A stretch of DNA of 64,000 nt from Octopus vulgaris (taxonomy: Eukaryota), in NCBI GenBank assembly GCA_951406725.2, contig OX597831.1, positions 3,224,001-3,288,000 of the forward strand, read 5' to 3'. A model generated the notes under the pieces. The model was given only the letters and a program-made list of their open reading frames with translations, was not told the origin of the DNA and ran no database searches. Made by a program: the position numbers and the translations under genes. Position 1 is the first letter of the stretch, and each line of letters starts with the position of its first letter. Below, one piece after another: positions 24,686-38,925 of this stretch.

Positions 24686-25424
24686 ATCCACAGGTTTCAT
24701 TTTATGTATTGTCACCAATCATGCCCTCCTCCTCTCTGACTCATTGCTATTTTCCTTTACCTTCTTCCAAACTGAGATTCATCATTAACCACACCTCCAA
24801 CCATTTTCACCATTCACCTCAATCTCCATCACTCACCATCTGTCACACTCCTTCCAAACTTACTCACCATCCTTCATATTTTCGGTCCCTCTTCTCTCTT
24901 GATCGACTTTCTTGTACATTGAGAGCATACCATCACATCTCATTTCCCCTATTCATTCTCGTTTCCAAGTTGGGGTGGCCATGCATCTCCCTTTACAGCA
25001 AGATACCTGTTCTTGTCCTCTTTTATATTTCAACTTTTTAACACCAGACACAAAGCCAGTTCTCTCAGTGCTACACTCCCAGTCTGTCGAGGGCCTCTTT
25101 TCTTGCAAGTTACTTGGGGACTTCACAAGTAACAGAGCCATGGAAAAGCACCCAGCACTCACTGTAGGGTGGTTGATGCTAGGAAGGGTGTCCAGACATA
25201 GAGACCATGCTGAAACTCAATGCAGTCCTCTGCCTTGCCAGTTCCTGTTGAACTGGCCAACATAAGTCAGCATGGAATACAGATGTTAAATGAAGATGAT
25301 GGTGATGATGATGCTGATGATGATCATTATCATCATCATCAACAACATATTTATGTCTATTCTTCCATGCTGCTATCATATATTTAGTTCGATTGGATGA
25401 ACACACACACACATGTATATATAT

Positions 25425-25519
<95 letters not shown>

Positions 25520-25526
25520 TATATAT

Positions 25527-25585
<59 letters not shown>

Positions 25586-25899
25586 GCTTACACACATCTA
25601 TACATTACACATAATACATCTTTTTGTTCATACATATGTACAAACAGCTATATATATATAAATGTATACATACATATATACATATCACACACAGACATGT
25701 ATTTACATGCACACACACATATATATACATATATATGCTTATATATATATATACACACATACATAGATTATATATAAATACACATAAATACATACATACA
25801 TACATACATATATATATATACATACACACACACACACATACACACACACACATAGATATATACATACATACATAGTTACATACACACAAATATACAGGA

Positions 25900-26544
25900 T
25901 GAGACACATACATTCTGCGTCTACTTTGTATGCTATCTCTCTCTCCTATCTTATTTGTCATGGGAATGAATCTGCTTGAAACAACATCAAGGAAGGAATC
26001 CAATGGGGGTGATAGTAGTGAAGTCTGCTACCTGCAAGCCACCAATGAGACACTTCATGGATGACCTAACTCTAACAGCTTCCTCCAACCCGTTTACAGG
26101 CAAGCCGGGTCCTGAAGGTATTGCATGATGTGGCAACAAGGGCAAAAATGAAGTTCAGAAATGCGTAAGTAACCAGAAAGTTTTAACTCCAAGTTCAGGA
26201 TGGGGTTTAAACCATCAAGAGAGGAGTACACAATAAAATATTATACAAAAATGATACCACATGGTTCTGGGTTCAGTCCCACTGCATGGCACCTTGGGCA
26301 AGTGTCTTCTATTAGAATTTCATATCAACCAAAGCCTTGCGAGTGGATTTGGAAGATGGAAACTGAAAGGCCCGTCATATATATATATATATATATATAT
26401 TTACATATATATATATATATGGAGTGGTTAGTAGCTTGCTTACCAACCACATGGTTCCAGGTTCAGTCCCACTGTGTGGCACCTTGGGCTAGTGTCTTCT
26501 ACTATAGCCTCAGGCCGACCAAAGAAACTGAAAAAGAAGCCCGT

Positions 26545-26592
<48 letters not shown>

Positions 26593-28500
26593 GTTTGTGT
26601 GTCTGTGTTTGTCTCCCTCAACATCGCTTGACAACTGATGCTGGTGTGTTTACATCCTTGTAACTTAGTGGTTCGACAAAAGAGACTGATAGAATAAGTA
26701 CTAGGCTTACAAAGAATAAGTCCTGGGGTTGATTTCCTCAACTAAAAGCAGTATTTCGGCATGGCTACAGTCAAATGACTGATACATATATATAGATATC
26801 ATCATCATCATTAAATGTCTGGTCTCCATGGTGACATGGGTCAGATGGTTTGACATGGAGTTGGCTAGCTGGGAGCTGTCCAGATATATAGATAAATATA
26901 ATGTATGTGTGCGTACATTTGAGTCTATGTTTGACCCCCACACTGCTGCTTGACAATCGGTGTTAGTTTGTTTACACCTCCATAACTTAATGGCTTGGCA
27001 AACGGGATTGATAGAATAAGTAGGAGGCTTAAAAATAAGTACTGAGGTTAATTTGCTTGACTAAAAATTCAAGGTGGGCCCCAGCATGGCCACAGTCTAA
27101 TGATTGAAACAAGTAAAAGGTTAAGATGAAAAAATATCTGTCTTGTTGTCAGAAGCAGTGCATTCTACACAGACAAACAGACAGATGATTAGTGAGGAAG
27201 TCAGAGAAAGTTAGGGAAAAAATAAGGCCTGGGTCTTCTTGCACAGGCTTCTACCAAAACTCTAGGTAGCATATGTCTGGGTATTGACAGTCAAAGAAGT
27301 GCAGATGGAATCTGTAGAATTAATTGAGAGATGGGAGAGCAAACAGATCTGCCGATGGCTTGGAATTCCACCAACTTTCATGCTGGCGAAGTGGGGGACA
27401 TGTTAGGGTTGGGTAGTTATGGCTGCCCCAAATATCAAGTTCAAGAAGTGTTCAAGTTGACAAAGGGTAGGGTTGTGATGTACAGAGATTGCAGCCATGA
27501 AAAGATCAGTGATTGCAGATGTCACTACAAGATTAGACCACAGGCAGAAAACTGGTTGAAGATCATCATCATCATCATCATCATCATCATCTAGCATCTA
27601 TTTTCCATGCTGTCATGGGTTTGTCAGTTTGACTGGAATTGGTTAACAGAAGAGCTGCACCAGGCTCCAGTCTGTTTTAGCTTGGTTTCCAAAGCTGGAT
27701 GCCCTTCCCTAACACCAATCACTCCATAGAGTGTACTGAGTGCCTTTTACATGTCACCAGCTCAGGTGCCTTCAACTTGTTACTGGCACGGGTGCCTTTT
27801 ACATATCACCAGCTTGGGCTCCTTCTATGTGTCACTGGCACAGAATATCCTTTCCTGTGCCACCAACACCGGCCATGATTACAATTTCACTTAGCTTGAT
27901 GTGTCTTCTCAAGCGCAGCAAATTGCTAAAAGTCTCGGTCACTTGTCATCATGTCTGTGAGCTTCAACATCTGAAGATCATATTTCATCATCTCATCCCA
28001 TGTTTTCCTGGATCTATCTCTTCCACCAGTTCCCTCCACAGGTAGAGATTGGCACTTCTAGGAATCAATGTATAAGAATATAAAGAATCCGAAGAACACA
28101 CTTGCAGCAATAGAGGCAAGCAGACCTAAGGCAGAAGAGACACATGAACCAAGCCAAAGTCTGATACTGAAAGAAAGAAGGGTGAAAGTCATGGTCTGTG
28201 GAACATAGGTCACAAGGAACCATTTATAAAATGGAACCTGTCAAAGTCGGTTATGTGTTATGGACCTTGGAGATTGGAGTCCTTGGAAAAGTAGGAAAGG
28301 TGAGGAAGAGAAGAGCTTCATAAGTTAAGTTAAACAGTAGAATGATTTATTGTTGACTACGGGACAAGTGGCAGGGATTGAGTCAAAAGATGAGCAGGGA
28401 CTGGCTAACTGGTTTTAAAGTGTGAGGAAAGATAGATGGCACCTGAAGACTTTGGTTGAAAGTTAGTTCTAAGAAAATGACTATCAGTCAGAATTTACAG
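25900..28500 (+). mobile_element. Fragmented Hero/R2-like non-LTR element split by SINE and RTE insertions
   Basis: LSPILFVMGMNLL and HFMDDLTLT at 25940-26080, with further disrupted coding pieces at 27150-27560 and 28060-28500. Confidence 0.55.
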
Positions 28501-28530
28501 AAAATGCATCTAATATGTATATATATATAT

Positions 28531-28850
28531 ACTCTTTTACTTGTTTCAGTCATTTGACTGTGGTCATGCTGGAGCACCGCCTATAGTTGAGCAAATCAAC
28601 CCCAGGACTTATTCTTTGTAAGCCTAGTACTTATTCTATCAGTCTCTTTTGCCAAACCGCTAAGTTACAGGGATGTAAACACACCACCATCAGTTGTCAA
28701 GCATTGTTGGGGAGACAAACACTGACACACAAACATATACACACGCATACATACATAGCAGAAGACACTTGCCCAAGGTGCCATGCAGTGGGACTGAACC
28801 TGGAGCCATGTGGTTGGGAAGCAAGCTACTTACCACACACAGCCATGCCT
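28531..28850 (-). mobile_element. SINE family A, internally deleted
   Basis: Family A motifs. Confidence 0.8.
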
Positions 28851-28863
28851 ATATATGAGACAT

Positions 28864-29191
28864 GTTACAGATAATGGTCATTTCATATTTTTCCTTAATT
28901 AGAGCAAATTTGGCTTACAGTAATCATTATAGGTACATTACTGATATGCTTACTCAACTGAGCAAAATTGAATGACCTAAGAAAATTAATGCTACTTTTA
29001 TCAGAGCCATTTCTGGTTAAATGGTTCTGACAAAAGTAGCACTAACTTTTTAGGTTGTTCTGCTTTTCTCAATTGATCAATAAACCAATTGAGAAACCTA
29101 TGAGTAACGAACCTATAACGACTACTGGAAACAGCTGTAAGCCAAATTTGCTCTAATAAAGGAAAATTATGTAATGACCATTATGTATAAC
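28864..29191. mobile_element. PLE-type relic with inverted arms and a broken hammerhead
   Basis: 28864-28942 is an inverted copy of 29103-29191; ct-atga-gta...tac..GAAA-cagctg-TA. Confidence 0.55.
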
Positions 29192-29922
29192 TTGGTCTTA
29201 TATATCACTCTGTAAAAACCAGTTTGTCTGGAGCCTGACCAGGGATTTACAATATAGAATTGTGATAAACCATAACCGTGGACCCTGCCATAAGAATATT
29301 TGGAGGTTTTCTCTAAGCTAAACAATATTGCTTGCCTGTTGTACCAGCAGAGAACTTATGAAGTATTTTGCCCAGACTGATAATCCTCACTATTAGCTCT
29401 ACATATGATGGGATTCTTCCGGTTTCCGTCAACCAATTCCACTCACGAAACTTTGGTTGGCCTGAGGATATAGAGAAGACATTTGCCCAAGGTGTCATGC
29501 AGTGGGACTGAACCCAAACCATCTGGTTGGGAAGCAAGCTTCTTACAACACATCCATACCTGCACCTATATATATTATCATCATCAGAATGGTCATCATT
29601 TAATGTCCATGTTCCATTGGCATGGGTTGGAGACAGTTTGATAAGGATCTGGGAGTAAAGGACTGCATCCTACTCCAGTGTCTGCCGTGGCAAAGTTTCC
29701 ACAGCTGGATGCTTTTCCAAATGCCAACCACCTTACAATGTGTATTGGGTGCTTTTTTTTTCATGCTATCAGTTCTATCGAGATCATTATGTAGCTTGTA
29801 AGTCAAGAAACCCAAGGAGGGAGCACATTACCTCTGTACATTAAATGAGGGCCATGATATGAGGAAAGAGGTTAGAGTAGAGCAGGTTCCTGTAGTATAG
29901 GAACTACATGGCTGTGTATGTA

Positions 29923-31208
29923 CAAGGTGGGGCAGAGACGACGGTCATCATCAATTTTGAAAAATTCACAAAATTATTAATTTTAGCTACAAATAAATTT
30001 TATTGACATCAATGTGTTTGTATTGAATTAGCATTTGTCATAATCAAGTGAGGAAAACAACATCCTTCATGTGGTGTCTGTTTTCATTGATGCATTTCTG
30101 AAGGCATTCCTGGAAGTTGGACACCACTCTCTCTAGTATTGCTCTGTTGATTTGTGTGACTTCCTTCAAATCATCCAATGTACAGGGCCTTGAGGTTCAT
30201 GTGTATGCACATGAAATAATTACACATGGTCAAATCAGTGGACCAAGGAATGTCAGCAAACCTGGAAATGAGGCAGTCACCAGAGAGAGGCTCTGGTTGT
30301 GTGGGTTCGTTGAACCATCCTGCTGAAATCACATAAGTCGAATAGCCATACATTTTCATCGTAATTCAGGTACAAAGAAGTTGTTTATCATCTTCATGTA
30401 ATGCTTGGAGTTCACAGTAACAGCATTTCCATTATTGTCTTCAAAAAAGTAAGGACCAATGATGGCAGCTTTTCCAACAGCACACCAGACTGTCACTTTT
30501 GGGCTGAATAGTGGTCTTTCGAGCAGGTCTCTCGGATTTTAAAGAGCTCAATAACGACAGTTCTATTGATTCCCCATGCCATTGAAGTGAAAATGAGCTT
30601 CATCATTCATTAACAAAACGAGGTTGTCATTTGCCTAAAAAATTTCTTCCATCTGACGTGTGAAGTTAAGCCACTGTGCGTAGTCCCATGGTTTCAACTG
30701 TTGCCCAATGACCAATTTGTACGAGTGGAAATGGTGGTCTCCATGCAAAATACACCTTACCAATTGATTATCGATGCCAAATTCAGTGGAATTCCTCTGA
30801 GCAGAGTGATTCAGACTCTGTATCAAAGCTTGTCTGATGCGTTCCACATTTTCTGGGGTCCCTACCATTCATGGCACCCCCACCGGTTTCTTATTCATTA
30901 GTGTACCTCGTGTATGAAGTGCATTCACCCAACATAAGATTGTGTTACAGGTGGGAACAGCCTGATTTTGGTGAATGTTGAAGTGGCACCAAAACTCACT
31001 GCTGTGACAGACTTGTTATTCTTCATGTAACTGTTAGAGGAAAACATGTGATGCTCTATTGTCCACAGTACCATGGCTTCACCTGAAAAGAAAAAAAACA
31101 GAATGCTAAGTCACCACAAACTGAATGGAACCTGTTGGACATAAGTTTCTTCTCCCAGGGCTGAGTAATAGCCATTTCAAAAATGTCCATCCTCTCTGCC
31201 CCACCCTG
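29923..31208 (-). mobile_element. Tc1/mariner transposon (probably DD41D/rosa type), decayed
   Basis: TA-flanked TIRs caaggtggggcagaga / tctctgccccaccctg; peptides TPENVERIRQAL, DEAHFH, PWSTDLT (PRSPDLT-like). Confidence 0.85.
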
Positions 31209-31379
31209 TATATAATGAGTGTGAATATATACACATTTACATTCACACATGTTTCAGATTCCCTAATAGCTATGGTCAAATGACATCAACCACAAAACAC
31301 TTTAGATACAAGGAAATAAATCCAGATTAGCAAAGCACAATTAAAATATATACATAAATATACATGTGTTTATATATAT

Positions 31380-31757
31380 CTTTTATCTTTTACTTGCTTC
31401 AGTCATTAGACTGCGGCCATACTGGGGCACCACCTTGAATTTTTAGTCGAATGAATTGAGCCCAGTTCTTATTTTTAAAGTCTGGTACTTATTCTATTGG
31501 TCTCTTTTGTTGAACTGCTAAGTTACGGGAACATAAACACATCAACACCGGTTGTGAAGCGGTGTTGAGAGGACAAACACAGACACACATATATGATGGG
31601 CTTCTTTCAGTTTCTGTCTACCAAATCCATTCACAAGGCTTAAGTCAGCCTGAGGCTATAGCAGAAGACACTTGCCCATGGTGCTAAGCAGTAGGACTGA
31701 ACCCAGAACCATGTGGATGGGAGACAGGCTTCTTACTACACAGCCACTCCAGTGCCT
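31380..31757 (-). mobile_element. SINE family A
   Basis: Family A motifs. Confidence 0.8.
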
Positions 31758-31837
31758 ATATATATATGTGACCACGTGTGTATCATTGGCGATTTTCTTT
31801 CTCTGTTTTCCCTTCCTTGGACCTTTCCTTTTTCTAA

Positions 31838-31872
31838 GTTTCTGACGAAGAGCTCCGCTCGAAACGTTAAAT
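31838..31872 (+). ncRNA. Minimal (35 nt) type I hammerhead ribozyme motif
   Basis: gttt-CTGACGA-a-gagc-tcc-gctc-GAAA-cgt-t-aaat. A second, core-mutated copy lies on the minus strand at 19270-19304. Confidence 0.65.
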
Positions 31873-32344
31873 CCTCCTTCTTTCTTTCCTTTCCTGAGCG
31901 TTCAATAACACTATACTTGTTCAGTGTCCTCGCGTTGTTGTGTTTTCTTTGTTCATGTTTGGATTAACTATATATATATATATATATATATGCACACAAC
32001 ACACACACATATATATCTTTTATTAAAAATGCAAAATTATCATAAGACTGTTACTCAGAGTTTCACATTCCCTCTCCAATGAACAAGAATGTGAAACTGA
32101 GTAGCAGTTCTGCGATAATTTTGCAGCTTTAATAAAAAAAGCATATAACTCTACCTTTGGTATTCGAGTACTATTTTTTCCACCTTGTTTTGCACTTATG
32201 TACTCACCTGTGTACATACATACATATATATATATATTGTGAATACATTTACATACAAATCCATATCCATCATATTCTTACAACACAAACACCCATTATT
32301 TCTGCAATCAGAATATTTGCTACGCCTGATTCAACAAAGTGTAT

Positions 32345-32408
32345 GTTCTCTGACGAGTCTCATTGAGCAACTGTTTTGCTGAAACAACAGTGGCCATGTT
32401 GTAAGAAT
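32345..32408 (+). ncRNA. Type I hammerhead ribozyme variant with a long stem III
   Basis: gttct-CTGACGA-gtctcattg-agcaa..ttgct-GAAA-caacagtggccatgttg-TA-agaat. Confidence 0.55.
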
Positions 32409-32548
32409 GAGAACAAAACCCATTTTCTCTATATCTACCCCACCTTATGCGCACACACACACACACATACACATATTTACGCGTATACATATACACGCAT
32501 ATATGCATACACATATCTACACACACACACACATGCATACACAGATCT

Positions 32549-32579
<31 letters not shown>

Positions 32580-32912
32580 CAATTATATGCACACATACAC
32601 TTGCAGTCTAAGGTAAAAGTACATTTTCTTGAATGCACACAAAAACATACATATACCGAAGACTAGCGAAACAATAACCGCGGTTTTAATGGTAAATAAC
32701 AATAACAACATGTACTCTTAGTTATCTCTCTTACAGGTTCACGGTAGCAATATATACATACATATATATAATATATATATATACCGTGAAGTTATATATA
32801 CTCAGACACACGTACACGATATATTTTCCATCGCTAAAAACATATATTCATGTTGTTTTTTCCCTGCATTTTACTTACACAAACACTAACATATGATAAC
32901 AATTGTACACAC

Positions 32913-32955
<43 letters not shown>

Positions 32956-33262
32956 TATATATATATATATGTATGTATGTATGTATGAATATGTTGTACA
33001 CACGCGAACCATCTAATTTGACGAAAATATATTGTCAATAGTATAGGATACGGATGCGTATACGCATGTTTGCGTGCGTATATATACATGTATGTTCAAT
33101 AAGGAGTACATTAATGAAATATTTTAAATTGTTCCCCACCAAATTCTCTCAACATCATCACTTTCTGATGTTTGTTATTTTTTTGAATGACAAAAAAAAA
33201 AAGGTGTGTATGTATGTATGTGTGCGAGTGTTCATTAACGGGTGTCGGTAAAAGATGGGGTT

Positions 33263-34130
33263 AAGAGAGAGAGAGAGAGAGGGTGTAAGTATGTATTAGA
33301 GAGGAGAGAGAGAAAATGAGGGCTTGAATACGTATTAGTGAGAGAGAGCAGAGAGGAGAAGGGAGAAAAGTAGAGAGGAAGAGAGGAAAGGGAAAGAAGT
33401 AAAGAGAGAGAGAGAGAGGGGAGGAAGAGAAAGATAGCGAGAAAGAAGTAAAGAGAGAAAGAGAGGGAAGGAAGGGGGAAACAAGAAAGGGAGGGAGAGA
33501 AAGATAGCGAGAAAGAAAGGAAGAGGGCGAGAGGAAAGGGAAAGAAGTAAAGAGAGGGGAGGAAAGGGGAAACAAGGGAGGGAGGGAGAGAAAGATAGCA
33601 AGAAAGAAAGGGAGAGGGCGAGAGAAGTAAAGAGAGGGAGAGAGGAAATAGGTGAAAGAGTTTAAATATGTATAAGTGTACGAATGAAAGAGAAAGAAAG
33701 AAGAAAAATATGAGAGGAAAAGGGGGAGAGAAAAGAAGAGAGAGAGAGAGGAAAAAGGGAGAGAAAAGGAAAGAGAAAAAGGGGAGAGAGAAAAAGAAGT
33801 ATTCGTGAAATATGTTTTAATGAGAGGGGGGGAGTTAAAAGTCAATAATGTGAAAAAGTATTTCAGTGAGAGAGAGGAGAATAAGGAAGAGAGAAAGTGT
33901 GTATGCGAGAGAGAGAGAGAGAGGACCTGATATAGAGAGAGGAATTGACAAGAAAGAGAGAGAGAGAGAATGCGAGCATCTGTCAACAAAAGAGAGATAG
34001 AGAGAGGAATGGGCTCGAGAAAAAGGCCTGAGAAGAGAGAGAGAGAGAGAGAGAGAAAGAGAAAGGAGAGGAATGTGTCCGCGAAAAAAGAAGGCCTGCA
34101 AGAAAAACAGAAATAGATAGAGAGAGAGAG
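33263..34130. repeat. Long polypurine (GA-rich) tract
   Basis: Direct reading. Confidence 0.9.
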
Positions 34131-34367
34131 AGAGAGATAGACAGAAAGTGTATAACAGTGAGAGAGAGAAAGAGAGATAGACAGAAAGTGTATAACAGTG
34201 AGAAAGAGAAAGAGAGATAGACAGAAAGTGTATATCAGTGAGAGAGAGAAAGAGAGATAGACAGAAAGTGTATAACAGTGAGAGAGAGAAAGAGAGATAG
34301 ACAGAAAGTGTATATCAGTGAGAGAGAGAAAGAGAGATAGACAGAAAGTGTATAACAGTGAGAGAGA
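34131..34367. repeat. 40-bp minisatellite, about 6 copies
   Basis: Unit agagagatagacagaaagtgtata(a/t)cagtgagagagagaa. Confidence 0.92.
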
Positions 34368-34499
34368 AGGCTTCAGACTGTGAGAGAGGATGTTATTTAA
34401 TGAGAATGTGAATGTGCTTTATATATATACGTGCGTGTATATATATATACACACACACATGCATATATATATATAGAGAGAGAAGAGAGTCAGTGTGTA

Positions 34500-34907
34500 T
34501 CTAGGGTGCCGGCCGGGCACGAATTAATCTCACACACATTTTTTATTTATTTATAGGGGAAGGTCGATAGTTGTGTTGTAACGTTCATGCATCTCCCAAT
34601 GGGCATCAGCCAATAAACGTTCCAACTATGTAAAATTCTGACTTGGATTTGTGGTACTATTTTGTAGGCGAGCAAGGAAAATATGGTGGTGGGAGCTATA
34701 TTGAATAGAAAGAATAAACTATATAGTATATTACTGGTGTTTATTTTCAGAGAGACATTGGAGGAAGGCTGGAAGAACTGGAAAAAAAAAAAAAAAAAAA
34801 AAAGTAGGCTTGATTTGAACAGAGCAGTGAGGCACTACATTAGATCCCCGAGATCGGCCGTATACACTACTACCACCACCGCCTCCACCACCACCACCAC
34901 CATCGTC

Positions 34908-34941
<34 letters not shown>

Positions 34942-36803
34942 GAACACAACAATACCATCACCGTTATTAATGTAGTCACAACAACGACAGCAAATTTAAT
35001 TTCTTATATATTGACATGTTTTTTTTTTTTCAGTTTCAGTGAAGTTGAAAAATAAAATAAAATGACATTTATGCCTTTGTTTGTGTTGCTTTTTTTTTTT
35101 GTTTTTGTTTTTTACTTCCAAAAAAAAAAAAGCCATAAGTGAAAACCGAAAACTACTACAACCGGAGATCGAAACCGGGTCGCGGACTACTTTTACAACA
35201 GTAACTGGCTACACAACAACTACAACAACAACAATGACAACTACAACAACCACGCCAAATAGCTGCTATGTGGTAAATGCTAATAGAACATCGTGACAAG
35301 GGCAGCTGTGATGGTGGCAGTTGTCTCCCCCTGAACTAGAGTCCTAGAAACCTGTTTGGGAAGTCTTGTCTCTCTGTCTTTCCTTCTTTCTTTTCTCTCT
35401 CTCTCTCTCTCTCTATCTCTGTGTGTTCGATTTTTCTGTGTCTGTGTGTTCGATATCGCCTACTACTTCTCTGTCTTTCTTCCTCTCTTCCTGTCGCTCC
35501 ATCGACTGCTGCTGCAGTAGTTGGTGTCGGTGGTGGTAACGTAACGATAAGCGGCGGCGGGAGGATGCGTTATAACGGGAACAGCCGACGTCTCACTCAC
35601 TTCAGCTACTATATTGCTTTATCTCCACCAATCTGAAACAGAGAGAGAGAGAGAGAGAGAAAGTATAATAATAATAATAATAGTAATAGTAATAATAATA
35701 GCAAAACAATCAAAAACTGTTCTTTTTCTTCAGTTGATATTTCCTTCATCTGCAATATATATACCATTAACTTCTACAGCTTTGGTGGCTTTTGTTAGCT
35801 TTTTTTTTCGGCTTGTTTCTATAAAAGAGAAATATATATAAATACAACAGATCTATGTAATATTCTCAGTAAGCAGCGAAGGCAGGCCAAGCATGTAGGA
35901 CTGGTTGTCGTAGAGGAAAAAAGTGAATAAACATAATTGCGTGCTCAATAATATCAGACTTGGCCCACTGCTGACGTCAGTGCGAAAGCCCTTCAGCAAA
36001 TATGAGCTGGTAGATTTCACTCCTCCGTAACGGAGAAAGAAAAATCAATTTTTACACAACACTCTCGACATATCTAGTTGTTTTATTGTAAATAATAAAT
36101 GTCTAAAATGTTCGTCTTGTATCGCATGCTTTCGTGATGGATACGATATGCTCGAATTTCTCGACAATATTTCAGTTTAACGATCTGGTTTTGTGGAGGG
36201 AGGCACTAGCATCAGCTAATTGAAACGCCAGATTTGAAAAGAATGCCTTAGACGTGTCACAACCCAGATTTTTGTTCTTGCGCTCAGGGAACACTATTGC
36301 GAAAAGAATTCCCGAATTTGTTGGAATCATTATTACTCGTTGATAACATGTGTTTTGGGTGAGGAAAACCCTTTGGCGTATTACCATGGTCCGGAATATT
36401 CTCATGCCACCGTAAAGGACGTATTATGGACCTACATAAAAAAAAGCTTATTGCGTATGAATCTGCTCGTTAAATGCTGGAGATATTCCCGCTTATTGAA
36501 GTGTGCCATATAATAGCTGTGTGTATGATAAGACCATGCTGCCAGCCGACTAACTTTTCCCCCAACTGCATCCTTTTACCCCATCACAAAACACGTGTGT
36601 CGAAAGTCTGAAGACAGGTCGGAGAGGTTTTATAACATTTGGATACTCTTTGGATGTCGACTAGAGGTCGTTCTACAGATTTTTCTCACAGGGTGTGTGC
36701 TTTGCATTATGCCTGGGCTACCTGTCACTGTGGCCGAAAGGCAGAAGAAATTCGAAGAATTTAAGTCACCTGGAAGTACATGAGAGTGGATTAGTGATCT
36801 GAG
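34500..36803 (+). promoter_or_regulatory. CpG-retaining promoter / long 5' leader of the ARID1-like gene
   Basis: No recognisable TEs, visibly many CpGs, CT and triplet microsatellites, and a palindromic CRE CTGACGTCAG at 35971-35980. The TSS cannot be determined. Confidence 0.6.
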
Positions 36804-37577
36804 ATGGAAAATATTAACTCTGAAGATGGATTAGATCGTGCTGTTACTACTACGAAGCTACGATCACCGAGTCAAGTCTCAGATTCGAACACAATGGACT
36901 CTTTTCAAGATGGTGGCCAGCAAAACATGAACTCAGAGCAAAATGATTATACAGCTTCTTTGGACTCTTCTCACGTCAATTCCGAATCCAACAATTATCC
37001 ACAGAATTCGGGAGATGGAGGTGTGAGTTCAGATAGTTATGCAAGAATGAATGAAAATATTCATCCTACACAAATACCTGGATTCGGTATGTACGGTAGG
37101 GGAAATTACAGCATGGGAGATCAACATGGCGCTATGTCTATGCCAGGAAGTTCGGAGTTTTCAAACCAAACCTCGCAATATCATGGACAGTATTTACCAA
37201 CTCATGTTCGGCCTGGATTTCCTGGAGGTCCAAAACCTGGAATGAATCCGATGCGACCAGGAATGGGGACATCTGGTATGGGAATGATGCCCCCTTCGTA
37301 TAATCCTGCCTCGACAAGATTAATGTCTGGTCAAAGCATATCTCAACAGAGCGGACCAACACCGACCCTTAATCAGCTTTTACAATCTCCGAATTCGGCT
37401 CAGAGATATCCGAATAACTACTCAGAATACGGAGGTTCTCAAAAGGTCCCTGCTGACATGGGCAGTGTGGCTGGTTACCCTATGCAACAGGCATGGAGTC
37501 CCCATCAACGAGGAGCTATAAACGCGTTCCCGCAGACTCAGGGGGCCATATCCGGCTGCCAAGCTTTCCGAAATCAG
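36804..37577 (+). CDS. ARID1: ARID1A/ARID1B (osa)-like BAF subunit, first coding exon (258 codons)
   Basis: ATG at 36804 opens a frame rich in G/M/P/Q/S/Y containing SGPTPTLNQLLQSP, the TPTLNQLL LXXLL motif I recognise from the ARID1A/ARID1B/osa N-terminus. It ends at CAG|GTATCC (donor 37578), phase 0. The ARID domain is not in the window. Confidence 0.82.
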
Positions 37578-38459
37578 GTATCCACTCATTTTCTCCACAT
37601 CTCCAGCCCCCCTTTCAACACCCTAAATACATGTCCACATTTTTTCCTCCCCAAATATTACACCCCGTCTGTTTGCCATGTTTTCATTTCTATGTATTTA
37701 TATGCTTACACTATGATATTTATATGTATCTAAAACCTACAAATGTTCCTCTATCTCATTATATATATATGTGTATATATATATCTATATATACATATAT
37801 ATATACACTTATATATGTGTGTATAATGCTACCACTTGTTGACGATATGTTGGTATATTTTGTGAAATATTTATTTATATATATATATATATATTGTATA
37901 GTCAACAGCGTTAGTCATTTTATAGTTTGTACCATACCATACATCTATTTCTGAAAGAGTCGACCAATATATCCACATTTGCGTGAGGTAAATAATACGG
38001 TATTACAAAATTTTAAAAATATTTCTTGTATTTATTTACATATCTGATTAGGTTTGTTTGTTTATTATTATTATTATTATCATCGAATTATTATTATTAT
38101 CCTCTCCACCTCCACCACCTCTCTTCTTGACTATTGAGCATTTTCTACTAAAAATTCAGGGACCTAGTAACCTCCCCCCTCACCCAGTCCTTGCTATCTT
38201 GTGATTTTTTTGTTTACTTTCCTCCCCTCTTCATAAAAGCCTACCTTTTTTTTTTTTTTTCCACAATGAATCATGAGATAGATAGATAGATACATACATA
38301 CATACATAATAATCATGTTGCTCCTCTCTTGCCGATGATGATGATGATGATGAAAGTTTATTTACAAATTGTTTGTTTATTTGTGTTGTTTATTTTTCGC
38401 AAACGGGGTGGGGGTGGGGTGGTGGAGGGGAGAAAAGCTAAGCGAAAGCTTATTTCCAA

Positions 38460-38887
38460 CCCCCCTCCCTCTCTTATTGATCTCCCCTCCCCCCTCTCCG
38501 TTTTCAATCTTTCTTTGTCTCTCTCTCCATCATTCTTTCTCTCTCTCCCCTCCCTCCCTCCTTCACTCTTAACATATCTCGATCTCACTCTCACTCTCAA
38601 CATTGTCTTCTCTTCTTCCTTTCTCTTTCTTCCACCGTCTCTCTATCTCTCGTTTTTCTCTTGTCTGTGTGTCGCATTCTTCTTTCCATTCTGTCCGTCT
38701 CCGTCTCCGTCTCACTCTCTCTCTCTCTCCCTTCCTTTCTGTATCCTCCCTGAATCCTCCCTCCTTCCCCCCTTTCTCTCTGTCCCCTGTCCTTTTCGTC
38801 TGCCTCTTCTCTTTCTCCTGATCTCTTGTATCTTAATGTCTCCCACCCCCTGTTCTCCTCTCCCTCATTGCTTGTTTGTATAACTCT

Positions 38888-38925
<38 letters not shown>

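Noticed and set aside
33261-33989. 242-aa S/L/F/P ORF (and 38329-38883)
   Set aside because: Translations of polypurine/polypyrimidine tracts.
34131-34367. CRISPR-like array
   Set aside because: Tandem units without unique spacers, in a eukaryotic context.
37578-37733. C-terminal 51 aa of the 309-aa ORF
   Set aside because: Read-through into the intron after the CAG|GT donor; composition changes abruptly.
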